Of a stretch of DNA of 64,000 bases, positions 36,559-46,184 are shown piece by piece. The notes under the pieces were generated by a model that saw nothing but the letters and a program-made list of their open reading frames with translations, was not told the DNA's origin and made no database searches. Position numbers and translations under genes: made by a program. Numbering within the stretch: the stretch's first letter is position 1; each line of letters starts with the position of its first letter. Source of the DNA: Gemmatimonadaceae bacterium (GTDB lineage: Bacteria > Gemmatimonadota > Gemmatimonadetes > Gemmatimonadales > Gemmatimonadaceae); the NCBI GenBank assembly GCA_031366985.1, contig JANLPE010000073.1:57701-121700 (forward strand), read 5' to 3'.

Positions 36559-38388
36559 TCAGCAGGACACGCATTTGTGACTATTCTTCGATCCGAGCGA
36601 CTCAAGGAGTTTGACCGTATCGAGGTAGGGCGAAATGCGCTGCACCGGACCGTTGGCCATGTCCGCCGTTGTCTGCCCACTCCGGGCAAGCGCTTTCGCG
36701 TCGGCGCCCTTCGACACGAGATACGTGATCATCGCGTTGTCGCCGCGAGCTGCGGCGTGGTGCAGCGCCGTATATCCCGCGTAGTCGCGCGCGTTCACGT
36801 CGGCGCCGAGTGCTTCGATGAGGAACTTGACCGTTGGCAACCATCCATCGGTAACGTGCCGATGATCGTTGGCGGCGAAGCCCTGCCCGTAGCCGACTCC
36901 AGCGGCCGCGTGCAAGGGCAGCACCCCGAGGCCGCCGTCCACGGCCGGTGGCAGCCCTGACGGATCAGGCGGTGGCGCTGCGCCGGGCGTGGCGCCACGC
37001 CGCGCGCGCGTCGGTGGCTTGATGGTCCCGATGCGCGGGTCGGCGCCGGCGGCCAGTAGTAATTTCATCGCCGGGATGTCGGTGGCGTACGCGGCACGAA
37101 AAAACGGTGTGGCCCCGGCGAAATCGACGCGCAGGTTGTCGCGATTGTAGGTGGTGTACCACAACGACCGCTTGAGCCGCACGTTCGGATCAGCCTTCGC
37201 CGTGAGGAGCGCGCTCACGAGTTCGAGATAGCTGGCGCGCTGTTGCAGGTGATAGGCCGGCTGCGGCGTCCGCGTCGTCGGTGCCCATTCCTTGTTCAAC
37301 ACGCCATACAGCGGCGTGGCCCCGGCGTCGCTGGCTTGATTGGGGTTGGCACCCGCAGCGAGCAGTACCATCGCGACGTCATACTGGCCGTTGATCGCCG
37401 CCATCAGCAGGGGACTGGTGTGATCGCCGGCGCTGACCTGGTTCACATCGACGTGGCTCTCGATCAACGCCTTGACGGCACCTATCTGCCCTTCGCGCAC
37501 GGCCAGTAGGAGCGCCGTGTGGCCGCCTTGCGGTCCGAGCATCTCGGTGTAGCCCGGCGTGTCATCATCGAGCCCTGGACCACCCTGGGCCGCAAGGCGG
37601 GCCTCTTCTGTCGCCGATGCGGCGGCCGCGGCCGCCAGCGCTGCCGGCGTGGCGCGTTCGCGCTCGACATCCAGCGCCGCCTTGACCGCGGTCTGTACCT
37701 GTTGGCTGTTCGGTCGCCAATTCGGATCGCTTGTCTTCTGCTGCGCCTCGCGCGCTTTCGCGAGCATCGCGTTCCGCATCTGCTTGGCCTGTCGGTCCTG
37801 CGCCGCGCTGTGCAGCGGGTCCATCGTCTTGGCGACCTTTGTGGCATCGGCGCCGTGCGCGAGCAGTGCGCGGACGGCGTCGGTGCGCCCGCGCGCCGCG
37901 GCCAACATCAGCGGCGTCTGGTTCCACGCCGGCTCAACCGCATTGACATCCGCGCCCGCAGCGATGAGGGCATCGACGATCGCCCGGTCGCCGCCGAGCG
38001 CGGCATAATGCAGCACCGTGGTGCTGTCTGTCGTCAGTGCACGTGGGTTGGCCTTCGCGCGAAGCAATGCGCGAACGACCGGGGCACTGGCGTTTTGTGC
38101 GGCGAGATGCAGTGGTGTGAGTCCACCGATACGGGTGGTCGCCGACACGTTCGCCCGCGCCTGCAGCAACACGCCCGCAAGGGCAGAGTCGCCGCGGTTT
38201 GCCGCCCAATGCAGCGCGGTCATGCCGTCGCCTTGCGGACTATTGACGTCGTTCCCCTTGATCATGAGGGCGCGGACGGCCGCCAGATCGCCGCGCATCG
38301 CGGCGTCCGCAACCGGCGCGAGTATGACCGCCGCGACGGGCCGGGTCACCGGCGCCGCGAGCAGAAACAGTCCGATGCCGAATCGCAT
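36559..38388 (-). CDS. Exported ankyrin-repeat protein
   Basis: Signal-like start; repeats GMTALHWAA, LTPLHLAA, QTPLMLAA, TSPLLMAA, YTALHHAA; C-terminal CVSC. Confidence 0.9.
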   Translation of the reverse strand: MRFGIGLFLLAAPVTRPVAAVILAPVADAAMRGDLAAVRALMIKGNDVNSPQGDGMTALHWAANRGDSALAGVLLQARANVSATTRIGGLTPLHLAAQNASAPVVRALLRAKANPRALTTDSTTVLHYAALGGDRAIVDALIAAGADVNAVEPAWNQTPLMLAAARGRTDAVRALLAHGADATKVAKTMDPLHSAAQDRQAKQMRNAMLAKAREAQQKTSDPNWRPNSQQVQTAVKAALDVERERATPAALAAAAAASATEEARLAAQGGPGLDDDTPGYTEMLGPQGGHTALLLAVREGQIGAVKALIESHVDVNQVSAGDHTSPLLMAAINGQYDVAMVLLAAGANPNQASDAGATPLYGVLNKEWAPTTRTPQPAYHLQQRASYLELVSALLTAKADPNVRLKRSLWYTTYNRDNLRVDFAGATPFFRAAYATDIPAMKLLLAAGADPRIGTIKPPTRARRGATPGAAPPPDPSGLPPAVDGGLGVLPLHAAAGVGYGQGFAANDHRHVTDGWLPTVKFLIEALGADVNARDYAGYTALHHAAARGDNAMITYLVSKGADAKALARSGQTTADMANGPVQRISPYLDTVKLLESLGSKNSHKCVSC

Positions 38389-38444
38389 CGATGGAGACAC
38401 AGTAAATAGGATCACGACGCCTCGAAGAAGAGCGATCCGACGGA

Positions 38445-39818
38445 TCAGAAGGTGAATTCGCCCGTGCTGTCACCGAACGACTGCAGGTCATCCATGCCAA
38501 GCCGATGCATCAGACTGAGCATCGCATTGGCCATCGGTGTACCGTCGGGCGCCTTGAGGTGCACGTTGCCTCCGAACATCCGGTTGGCACCGCTCAACAC
38601 AATCAACGGACAGCGACGGTGATTGTGCGTGTTACTGTCGGACATCGGTGATCCGTACACGATCGCCGTTTTTTCCAACAACGACGTGTCACCGTCCATC
38701 GTCGTCTTGAGCTTGTTCAGCAGATACGGCAACAAGCTGACGTGATAGCGATTGATCTCGGCGAACTCGCGCACGCGCGCCGGATTGTTGCCGTGATGAG
38801 AGGACGGGTGAAAACCCGTCATCACGCCGCTGTCCGGGAACACACGTGCTGACGCATCGCGACCCATCTTGAACGAGAAGACCCGCGTCATGTCGCTCTG
38901 AAGCGCCAACACCTGCAGGTCAAACATGATCTTCACATGCTCGTCGAACGAATCGGGGACGCCAGTCGGTGCGCCAGCCAGTTCGCGTACCTCGCCACTG
39001 GCGTTGCGTGTTTCGACGTGCTGGATGCGCCGCTCGATCTCCCGGATGTTTTCGAGATACTGATCCATACGCTGCTGGTCGCCGGTCCCGAGCTCGCGTT
39101 TCAATTGGCCGACACGCGCCGTGATCCAGTCGAGCACACTGCCCGTGCTGCGCGTCCGCGCGGCACGCTCCGCGGCGGTGCCGCCGACGCCGAAGAGCTG
39201 TTCGAACGCGACGCGTGGATCGCGGATCATCGGCAGTGGTTCGGTCGGCGAACTCCAGCTGATCGAATCCGTGTACATGCACGAGTACCCGTACGCGCAA
39301 CCGCCAGCGCGATCGAGCGGTTCAATGCACAGCTGCATCGACGGGATCGGTGTCCCTTGGCCGAATCGACGCGCGTAGATCTGATCGATCGACGTGCCGA
39401 CGTAAATGTCGGAGCCTTCGGTCTGCTTGGGGTGTGACTGCGTGAGGAACACGGCGCTCGAGCGGAAATGGTCGCCGCCGATCTCCTCAGACATGTACGC
39501 TTCCGCCATCCGTACATCGGTGTTGCTGATAATGGTCAGATACTTTCGCCACGGCTCGAGCGGCGACAGCGACGTTGCGCTTACGTCGAAGTTGGCGCCG
39601 GTGACCGAAGGCGACCACAAATGCTCGGTGAGGCCAAACGGACTGCAGCCCGCCGCGCCGTGCACCATCTCCATGAAGAGGACGCGCGTCGGATCGGCGG
39701 CCGCGGCGGCCGCGCGCCCGATGGGCCGCATCGCTTCGAGGTAGGGCAGGGCGACCATCGCGCCCATGCCCTGAAGAAACGTCCGCCGATCCAGCGGTAG
39801 TCTGGTGTACATCGCCAT
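38445..39818 (-). CDS. DUF1552 domain protein (Tat-like signal)
   Basis: AGGAG RBS; LDRRTFLQGMGAMVALPYLEAM, GGDHFRS, LPMIRDPRVAFEQLFG, HPSSHHG, DSNTHNH. Confidence 0.88.
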   Translation of the reverse strand: MAMYTRLPLDRRTFLQGMGAMVALPYLEAMRPIGRAAAAAADPTRVLFMEMVHGAAGCSPFGLTEHLWSPSVTGANFDVSATSLSPLEPWRKYLTIISNTDVRMAEAYMSEEIGGDHFRSSAVFLTQSHPKQTEGSDIYVGTSIDQIYARRFGQGTPIPSMQLCIEPLDRAGGCAYGYSCMYTDSISWSSPTEPLPMIRDPRVAFEQLFGVGGTAAERAARTRSTGSVLDWITARVGQLKRELGTGDQQRMDQYLENIREIERRIQHVETRNASGEVRELAGAPTGVPDSFDEHVKIMFDLQVLALQSDMTRVFSFKMGRDASARVFPDSGVMTGFHPSSHHGNNPARVREFAEINRYHVSLLPYLLNKLKTTMDGDTSLLEKTAIVYGSPMSDSNTHNHRRCPLIVLSGANRMFGGNVHLKAPDGTPMANAMLSLMHRLGMDDLQSFGDSTGEFTF

Positions 39819-39828
39819 GCGACGGCTC

Positions 39829-42369
39829 CTAACGGGATGAATGGTCGGGCTGCAGCGCCCGCGTGCTGTTCGTACCACCATCGACGCGCTGCATTTGAAA
39901 GGCGGGGCTGTTGACGACGCCAAGGATGTACGCCGACATGCGGTGATCTTTCCCCGACGCATCACGGACGATCTTGCGTACCGTTGGCATGTCAAACGCT
40001 TCGATACGCCGACCGGTGGCATACGCCATCAGATTGCGTGTGAACGTGCGCAGCAGGCTCTCTTGCCGCCGCAGTAATGCCGCCTGCAACTCGGGCAAGC
40101 TTGAAGCTTTGGTGCCATCCCACAACTCACCGCGCGAATCGATCGGCATGCCATTGTCGCGCACGCGCCAGCGCCCAGTGGCGTCGAAGTTCTCCATCGC
40201 GAGGCCGATCGGGTCCATCATCTTGTGGCACGAGCTGCATGCAGGATTCTTACGATGCTCCTCCATCCGCTCACGCACCGTCAGGTTTCGTCCCCCCTGC
40301 GCACCGGGGGTTGCCTCAAGGTCCGGTACCCCCGGGGGCGGTGGCGGGGGTGGGCTGTTGAGCAGCACCTCCATCACCCACTTGCCGCGCTCGACGGCCG
40401 ACGTGCGCGTCGCGTGCGAGGTCAGTGTCAGCACGCTCGCGTGCGACAAGAGTCCGCGGCGGGTGCTGTCCGGATAGCGCACCTTTCGGAACGCACTGCC
40501 GGCCACGTTGGGCATGCCGTAATGCCTCGCCAGCTGCTCATTCACGAACGTGTAGTCGGCGCGATAGAGATCGAGGACGCTGTGATCCGTGCGCACGATA
40601 TCGTCGAAGAACAGCTCCGTCTCGCGACGCATCGCCAGCCGAAGCTGGTTGTCAAAGTCTGGGTATTGCCGGATATCTGGCTGTACGATGTCGAGATCCG
40701 GTAACCGGAGCCATTGCGCGGCGAATCGCGTGGACAACGATGCCGCGCGTGGATCGGCCAACATGCGCCGTACCTCGCGCTCGAGCACGGCAGGTTTGGA
40801 GAGCTGCCCATGCGTCGCCGCGCTGATCAACGCGCGGTCCGGCGGGGCTGCCCAGAGAAAGAACGACAGCCGCGACGCCAGATCCACGTCGCGCAGCTTG
40901 TACGAGGCTCCTGGTGCGAGCCCGGTCGGCGCACGCTCGAAGCGGAATACGAAGTCCGGGCTCGCGAGCAGCCCCTCCAATGCGGACCGCACACCCGCCT
41001 CAAAGCCCGCACCATTGGCGCTGCCCGCATCATATAGCGACATCAGCCCCTGACGATCTTCGGCCGTCAGCGGTCGCCGATATGCGTCGGCCCCAAGGCG
41101 GTCCACGATCGCCTGCGCACATGATCGTGCCGTCACGGATGCGGCGGGCCGGCAGGAAAAAATCCGTCGACGCGTCAGGGTCTCGGCGACGCCGGTCACG
41201 GTCAGCGGCCCCTTGACCGTGAACTCGCGCAGGTGCGGGAGCTGCGAAAATCCGTACGCCGTCGCGTTGGAGGTGCTACTAAGTGAGTACTTGAGCGGCG
41301 AGATCAAATCTTGCGCCACCCCTTGAAAGCGCGGCGGTATAAACGCCGCCGCAATGCGATGCGGGCCAGCCGTTATCCGCACGGGCTCCGTCGCCATGGC
41401 GACGCCGTTCGGATCGGCCGCGTTCATGAAGCGATCGATCTCCAGCAACGCGGCGCGTTCGCCGTCGATCGAAATCTCGATGCGTTCGCCGCGCGCGAGC
41501 CCACCGGCAAAGGCGCCGGTCGTCTCGTGATAGAAGTTCATATCGAAGCGATAGTCGCCATCGGCCGGGAACGTATGCACCACCGCGATGCCGCCACGCG
41601 TGCCGAACGGCGTGCCGTCGACATGCTCGACTTGCGAGGTCAGCTTCGGGACCGTGAACGTGGCCGCCGCAGCTGATGCGCTCCGATTGCCCAGGGCGAG
41701 CCAGCTGATGTCGCTGGCGGCGCGGAGGTATCCGTCGAGCAGTGTCGGCGAGAGCGCCTGCACGTCGGCGATGTTGTCGAAGTTGTCGCTCTTGGTATCC
41801 GGAGGCAGGTACACCGCCGCGTCCACATCCACGCCCAACAGCGCGCGAACCGACGCCTGGTACTCGGCGCGGTTGAGGCGCTGAAAGGTGCGACCACCAG
41901 GATTGGCGTGCAGCGCCGCTGACGAATCGAGCTGCCGCTCCAGCGATGCGACGAGCGCGTCGACCGTGTCCGGCGCCGGCCGGGCCGAGCCTACCGGCGG
42001 CATCATACCCGTGCGCAACTTCGCGACGACTTTTTCGGCGATCTCGGCCTGCATCGGCGCCATGCCCGCGTCGAACGTCACCAGCGACAGATTGCCGCGA
42101 CGCAGCGTCGGGTTATGACACTTCTGGCAGTACTGCTTCATGACCGCGTTGAGTTCCACGGTCGAGGGCGTCGTGGCGTGACCTTTCAAGTCGCGATGGG
42201 GCGTGCCATGAGGTTCGCGATGAGGCGCGACGCTCGGACTCGAGCGAGCCGTCGGCCGCGGCGGCGGCGGAAAGGCAGGGGCGGGGGCAGTAGTCGCGTA
42301 GGTGGGTGGCAGCACCACGGCACCAAGAACCACGCAAGCAGCAACGAGAGCTCGCACGCACATCCCCAT
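39829..42369 (-). CDS. DUF1592/1587/1588/1595/1585 multi-domain protein with c-type heme motifs
   Basis: CQKCH; QRLNRAEYQASVRALL; LASRLSFFLW; RRGLLSHASVL; ERGKWV; CSSCHKMMDPIG. Confidence 0.9.
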   Translation of the reverse strand: MGMCVRALVAACVVLGAVVLPPTYATTAPAPAFPPPPRPTARSSPSVAPHREPHGTPHRDLKGHATTPSTVELNAVMKQYCQKCHNPTLRRGNLSLVTFDAGMAPMQAEIAEKVVAKLRTGMMPPVGSARPAPDTVDALVASLERQLDSSAALHANPGGRTFQRLNRAEYQASVRALLGVDVDAAVYLPPDTKSDNFDNIADVQALSPTLLDGYLRAASDISWLALGNRSASAAAATFTVPKLTSQVEHVDGTPFGTRGGIAVVHTFPADGDYRFDMNFYHETTGAFAGGLARGERIEISIDGERAALLEIDRFMNAADPNGVAMATEPVRITAGPHRIAAAFIPPRFQGVAQDLISPLKYSLSSTSNATAYGFSQLPHLREFTVKGPLTVTGVAETLTRRRIFSCRPAASVTARSCAQAIVDRLGADAYRRPLTAEDRQGLMSLYDAGSANGAGFEAGVRSALEGLLASPDFVFRFERAPTGLAPGASYKLRDVDLASRLSFFLWAAPPDRALISAATHGQLSKPAVLEREVRRMLADPRAASLSTRFAAQWLRLPDLDIVQPDIRQYPDFDNQLRLAMRRETELFFDDIVRTDHSVLDLYRADYTFVNEQLARHYGMPNVAGSAFRKVRYPDSTRRGLLSHASVLTLTSHATRTSAVERGKWVMEVLLNSPPPPPPPGVPDLEATPGAQGGRNLTVRERMEEHRKNPACSSCHKMMDPIGLAMENFDATGRWRVRDNGMPIDSRGELWDGTKASSLPELQAALLRRQESLLRTFTRNLMAYATGRRIEAFDMPTVRKIVRDASGKDHRMSAYILGVVNSPAFQMQRVDGGTNSTRALQPDHSSR

Positions 42370-42530
42370 TCACGGAGGGAGGCAGCTTCAAAGAGGCGGG
42401 AAAGTGAAATGTGCGCTGGGACTATGCGGTTGGGCAATGAGCGCGTGACAATGGTTGACGCGCACGGTGGTCTGGCGGAGCTTGAGGGACAAGAACGTCC
42501 CGTTGGCGAACCGTTTTCCCAAACTTCGGA

Positions 42531-42953
42531 TTGATGATCAACCGTCTTCGCGCGTTGGTTCCGATGTGGATGGTGTGCGCGGCGATGGTCCTCGCGCCCG
42601 CCGATAAGGGTTTCGCACAGGCCGCCGACACGAGCGGGGTCCCGTCGGCGGCCGCGCTGGAAACGTTCGTGAAAGCGCATCTGGCAGTCGCCGGCTTTCG
42701 CGGACAGCTCCAGGCCGAACTGGCTGAGCCGAAGAACAAGAAGCCGGAGCTCCAGATGCAGCTTCACGAAAAGCTGCAGGCCGGCACCAAGCGATTGCTG
42801 GACCAGCACGAACTGTCCGCCACGGAATTCTCGCGGCTGACCCGACTGGTGAGCACGAACGACGCCGTGCGAAAGGACTTCGACGCGGCGGTCGCTCGGC
42901 TCTCCGGAGGTCGTGGCGGTGGCGATAGCGGCGATGCGCACCAAGCCCAGTGA
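42531..42953 (+). CDS. Small secreted helical protein (DUF4168-like)
   Basis: Signal peptide (..GFAQ); LETFVKAH...LSATEFSRLT pattern. Confidence 0.6.
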   Translation: MMINRLRALVPMWMVCAAMVLAPADKGFAQAADTSGVPSAAALETFVKAHLAVAGFRGQLQAELAEPKNKKPELQMQLHEKLQAGTKRLLDQHELSATEFSRLTRLVSTNDAVRKDFDAAVARLSGGRGGGDSGDAHQAQ

Positions 42954-43286
42954 CGTCGCGGTGGCGACTACTCACCGCCCTGCATCGTCCACACGCCTCT
43001 CCTCAACTACATGATGGACATCACATAAATCGCGTATTCACATGTATCGCAGCCTCGGTTGCGATGCTGATAGTGATTAATAGAACATCTGCGTAACTCG
43101 CTGATACAAAAGCGCTTACGATGTTAGTAGTGAAGTAAATTCTCACGACTACCGAAGCCACCGTGAAGCAAAATACCTAGAACGAGTCGATCGAAACCCA
43201 ACCGACACGCTCATGATGCTGTCGGTCGAAGGGCTCTACACGATTCAAGGCGGTCTCCCGATCATCGTCGGTCAACGCGCGCTCGC

Positions 43287-44861
43287 TTACCAGTCCGTCG
43301 GCGCGTAGTCTTTGAGGAACTTGCCCCAGATGTGCGTGCCAGTATTGATGCCGTCGATGATCGGATCGACGATGCGGGCCGCCCCATCGACGATATCGAG
43401 CGGCGGATGGAAGCGATGCTCCTCCACTTTGCGCGCGGCGATTTCGGCCGGATCCTCGTCCGTCACCCACCCGGTGTCGACGGCATTCATATGGATGCCG
43501 TCGTTGTAATAGTCCGCCGCCGCGGTGCGCGTCATCATGTTGAGCGCGGCCTTGGCCATGTTCGTGTGCGGGTGGCGCGTGGTCTTGAAGCGGCGATAGA
43601 ACTGCCCTTCGACCGCCGACACGTTGACGATATGCTTGTCGCGGCCCGGCGTCCGCATCATCAGCGGCTTGAGGCGGGCGTTGAGCAGGAACGGCGCGAC
43701 CGCGTTCACGAGGTGCACCTCGAGCAATTCAACGCTCGGGACCTCGTCCATCAGCATGCGCCAGGAGTTCCGGCCACGCAGATCGACCTGCTGCATGTCC
43801 TGATCCAGCTGCCCCGACGGAAACAGATGGGCCTGCGGCGACGCTTCGTCGGGCAACAGCGCGACCTGCGACAGTTCGGCCGCGTGAGTGAGGCCCGCCA
43901 CTTCCGACAACCGCTTGGCTGTCTGCGTGCCGACGTCGGTTGCGAGCACCGAGCCGTCGGCCGTTTCACCGGCTTCGGGGAGCATGTTGTAGCTGCGGAC
44001 GCCTTCGTAGGCGCCGAGCAGCTTGCGCAGCTGCTCCGGCATTTTGCCGAGTGATGCGGTTTCAAGCTCCATCATGTGGCGATAGAACTCGGGCGGGCGA
44101 CGGACGGTCTGGCAGGCGTTGTTGACGATGAAATCCAGCCGGTCGTGCGTCGTGTTCAGCTGATGGCAGAAGGCTTCGACGCTTGGCGTGTGGCGCAGAT
44201 CGAGTCCGAAAATCTCGAGCCGGTGACCCCACTGCTCGAAGTCCGGCTCGGCGGCGTAACGCGCGGCCGAGTCGCGCGGGAAACGCGTGGTGACGATAAG
44301 TCGCGCGCCGGCGCGGAGCAGCTTGATGCCGGCCTGATAGCCGATCTTCACGCGGCCGCCGGTGAGTAGCGCCACGCGTCCGGTCAGGTCGGCGAGTTCG
44401 GTGCGCTTGGTGTAGTTGAACGCCGCGCAGGTGGGGCAGAGCTGATCGTAAAAATGATGCAGCTCGCTGAACATCGTCTTGCAGACATAGCAATGCTGCG
44501 GCTCGATGGCTTCGCGGAAGTCGGGATCATCGACGGTATCCTGCGCATCGCTGCCCGGGAGCAGGTAGTTGGGCGTCGTGAAGACCGTCTGGCGACGCAG
44601 TTCGCGGATGCCCGTGCTATTGAGCTGGGCTTCGGCGGTGTCGATGTGATCGCGGCGGGTCTGCTTCTTTTGCCGCTTGGTCGCCTTGACCATCTGCCGT
44701 CGCCGGATGGCGTCAGGGCGCGAGACTTCGCCCGCCGCGCGGAGGAAGCGGTGCCGATCGTCTTCCGGGACATCGAGGAGCTTTTCGCGATTGACGGCGA
44801 AGTCCTCGAGGACGGCGATGGCGGCGCGGATTTGCTCGGTGAGGTCAGGGCTGATGGACAT
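43287..44861 (-). CDS. Atypical SDR-family oxidoreductase with N-terminal CxxC...CxxC extension
   Basis: CYVCK...[11 protein letters not shown]; [11 protein letters not shown]; IVNNACQT; IVNVSAVEG; [11 protein letters not shown]; NAVDTGW. Confidence 0.85.
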   Translation of the reverse strand: MSISPDLTEQIRAAIAVLEDFAVNREKLLDVPEDDRHRFLRAAGEVSRPDAIRRRQMVKATKRQKKQTRRDHIDTAEAQLNSTGIRELRRQTVFTTPNYLLPGSDAQDTVDDPDFREAIEPQHCYVCKTMFSELHHFYDQLCPTCAAFNYTKRTELADLTGRVALLTGGRVKIGYQAGIKLLRAGARLIVTTRFPRDSAARYAAEPDFEQWGHRLEIFGLDLRHTPSVEAFCHQLNTTHDRLDFIVNNACQTVRRPPEFYRHMMELETASLGKMPEQLRKLLGAYEGVRSYNMLPEAGETADGSVLATDVGTQTAKRLSEVAGLTHAAELSQVALLPDEASPQAHLFPSGQLDQDMQQVDLRGRNSWRMLMDEVPSVELLEVHLVNAVAPFLLNARLKPLMMRTPGRDKHIVNVSAVEGQFYRRFKTTRHPHTNMAKAALNMMTRTAAADYYNDGIHMNAVDTGWVTDEDPAEIAARKVEEHRFHPPLDIVDGAARIVDPIIDGINTGTHIWGKFLKDYAPTDW

Positions 44862-45026
44862 AGCCCTGCAAGATAGAGGGGGTGGGAACCCGTGGGTCGG
44901 GCGGGGGAGGCTGTCACCCTCGTAAATCCGATTCTGGGACGCGTTACGGGGGATTTAGCGAGGCTTTGACGCGACTCCGCTTTCTCGACGAGTGATCAAT
45001 CTCATTCTCGAAAACGGAGACGTAAC

Positions 45027-45728
45027 ATGAAACGCCCTCTTGAAAAAAACTTGACCGTCAAGATCGCCACCGCGATCGCGCTCGCCGTCGGAATCTCCAG
45101 TATTGCATCCGCACAACCGCTGAACACCGGCGCTTGGATCCGGGTCGGCGCGGCGAACGTCGAGTCACCCCAGAACAAACTGACCGGCGGCATGTTCAAC
45201 GGAAATTGCAATCTGTCGTCGGCCTGCACGTACGGAGCTGATTCCAATGGCGATTTTTGGAATGCGTTCAATCCGACGGGTGACACGAAAATTCTGTTCA
45301 TCACGCGTGACAGACAGGTTTGGGCCGAGGCACTGTGGTCTACCGTAAATGCGCTAACCACGGCGTCGGCTGGGGTCTTTACACCAAATATTCAATGGAT
45401 CAACGCCGGTCGAAACGGTGTCGATCTGGGCTCCGGCATCGTCGGCAACATTCTGATGCGATGCGTGCCATGCAATGGTGGGGACTCGTATGAGGATCCG
45501 TGGGTCACGCTGCAAGGCCCACACGACTACACAGACTCTCGGGAGATTTTGTGGGGCGAGGATAATTACAACAAGTCTGCGATCGGCACGCACCACTACG
45601 ATCTGATGTTCGATCACGGCGGCTTGGATGTCTTCATCACCACCACGCCAGAACCGAGTTCCGCGGCGCTATTGGGCGCCGGTCTGCTCGCGATCATATG
45701 GCTCAGACGACGGGCGCAGATCCGGTAG
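45027..45728 (+). CDS. PEP-CTERM sorting-domain protein
   Basis: Signal peptide; C-terminal TPEPSSAALLGAGLLAIIWLRRR. Confidence 0.88.
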   Translation: MKRPLEKNLTVKIATAIALAVGISSIASAQPLNTGAWIRVGAANVESPQNKLTGGMFNGNCNLSSACTYGADSNGDFWNAFNPTGDTKILFITRDRQVWAEALWSTVNALTTASAGVFTPNIQWINAGRNGVDLGSGIVGNILMRCVPCNGGDSYEDPWVTLQGPHDYTDSREILWGEDNYNKSAIGTHHYDLMFDHGGLDVFITTTPEPSSAALLGAGLLAIIWLRRRAQIR

Positions 45729-45774
45729 TGCCACCATCGTGGCAGACGTCGACGGCGACAGGTGCTCGGAGGAT

Positions 45775-45796
45775 CGGGTTTCGAACCTGAAACCCG
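45775..45796. terminator. Possible terminator hairpin between convergent genes
   Basis: CGGGTTTC-GAACCT-GAAACCCG, 8-bp stem, no U-tract. Confidence 0.3.
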
Positions 45797-45818
45797 GACC
45801 GTCTCAATTCACCCTGAG

Positions 45819-46184
45819 TCACCAGTCCGTCGGCCGTACCTTCGGTGTCCTATAGTAGTACCACTCGCGCTCGGGCGTCCACCCTTCGTCGGTCGCGTTC
45901 TCTTCGCCCCACAGGCAATCGTTTGACACGAGAGTCGATGCACGGAACCGGTCATCGGCGGCGTCGAGCGTCGTGATCAGCGAGACGTCGGCCACGAGCT
46001 TCCGCAGCCACTTGGCGATGCGGTGCCGGAGATCGAGATCATTCAGAAAGTCATCGAACGTCAGCGTGTAGCCGCGCTCGACTTCCATAGCGATCTGCGC
46101 CCACCGCTCGATCAGCGTGCGCAGCGGAATCTGCGCCGACGCGTGATGGCCCGACTTGTCCTGATCGTTCACGTGATCGCTCAT
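45819..46184 (-). CDS. Hypothetical acidic/aromatic protein, putative immunity protein
   Basis: 121 aa, no signal peptide; WAQIAMEVERGY..TFDDFLNDLDLR...WYYYRTP; start overlaps the toxin-like gene stop (ATGA 46181-46184). Confidence 0.65.
   Translation of the reverse strand: MSDHVNDQDKSGHHASAQIPLRTLIERWAQIAMEVERGYTLTFDDFLNDLDLRHRIAKWLRKLVADVSLITTLDAADDRFRASTLVSNDCLWGEENATDEGWTPEREWYYYRTPKVRPTDW

Noticed and set aside
45760-45800. tRNA-like GGTTTCGAACC sequence
   Set aside because: No cloverleaf can be formed; it is just an 8-bp hairpin
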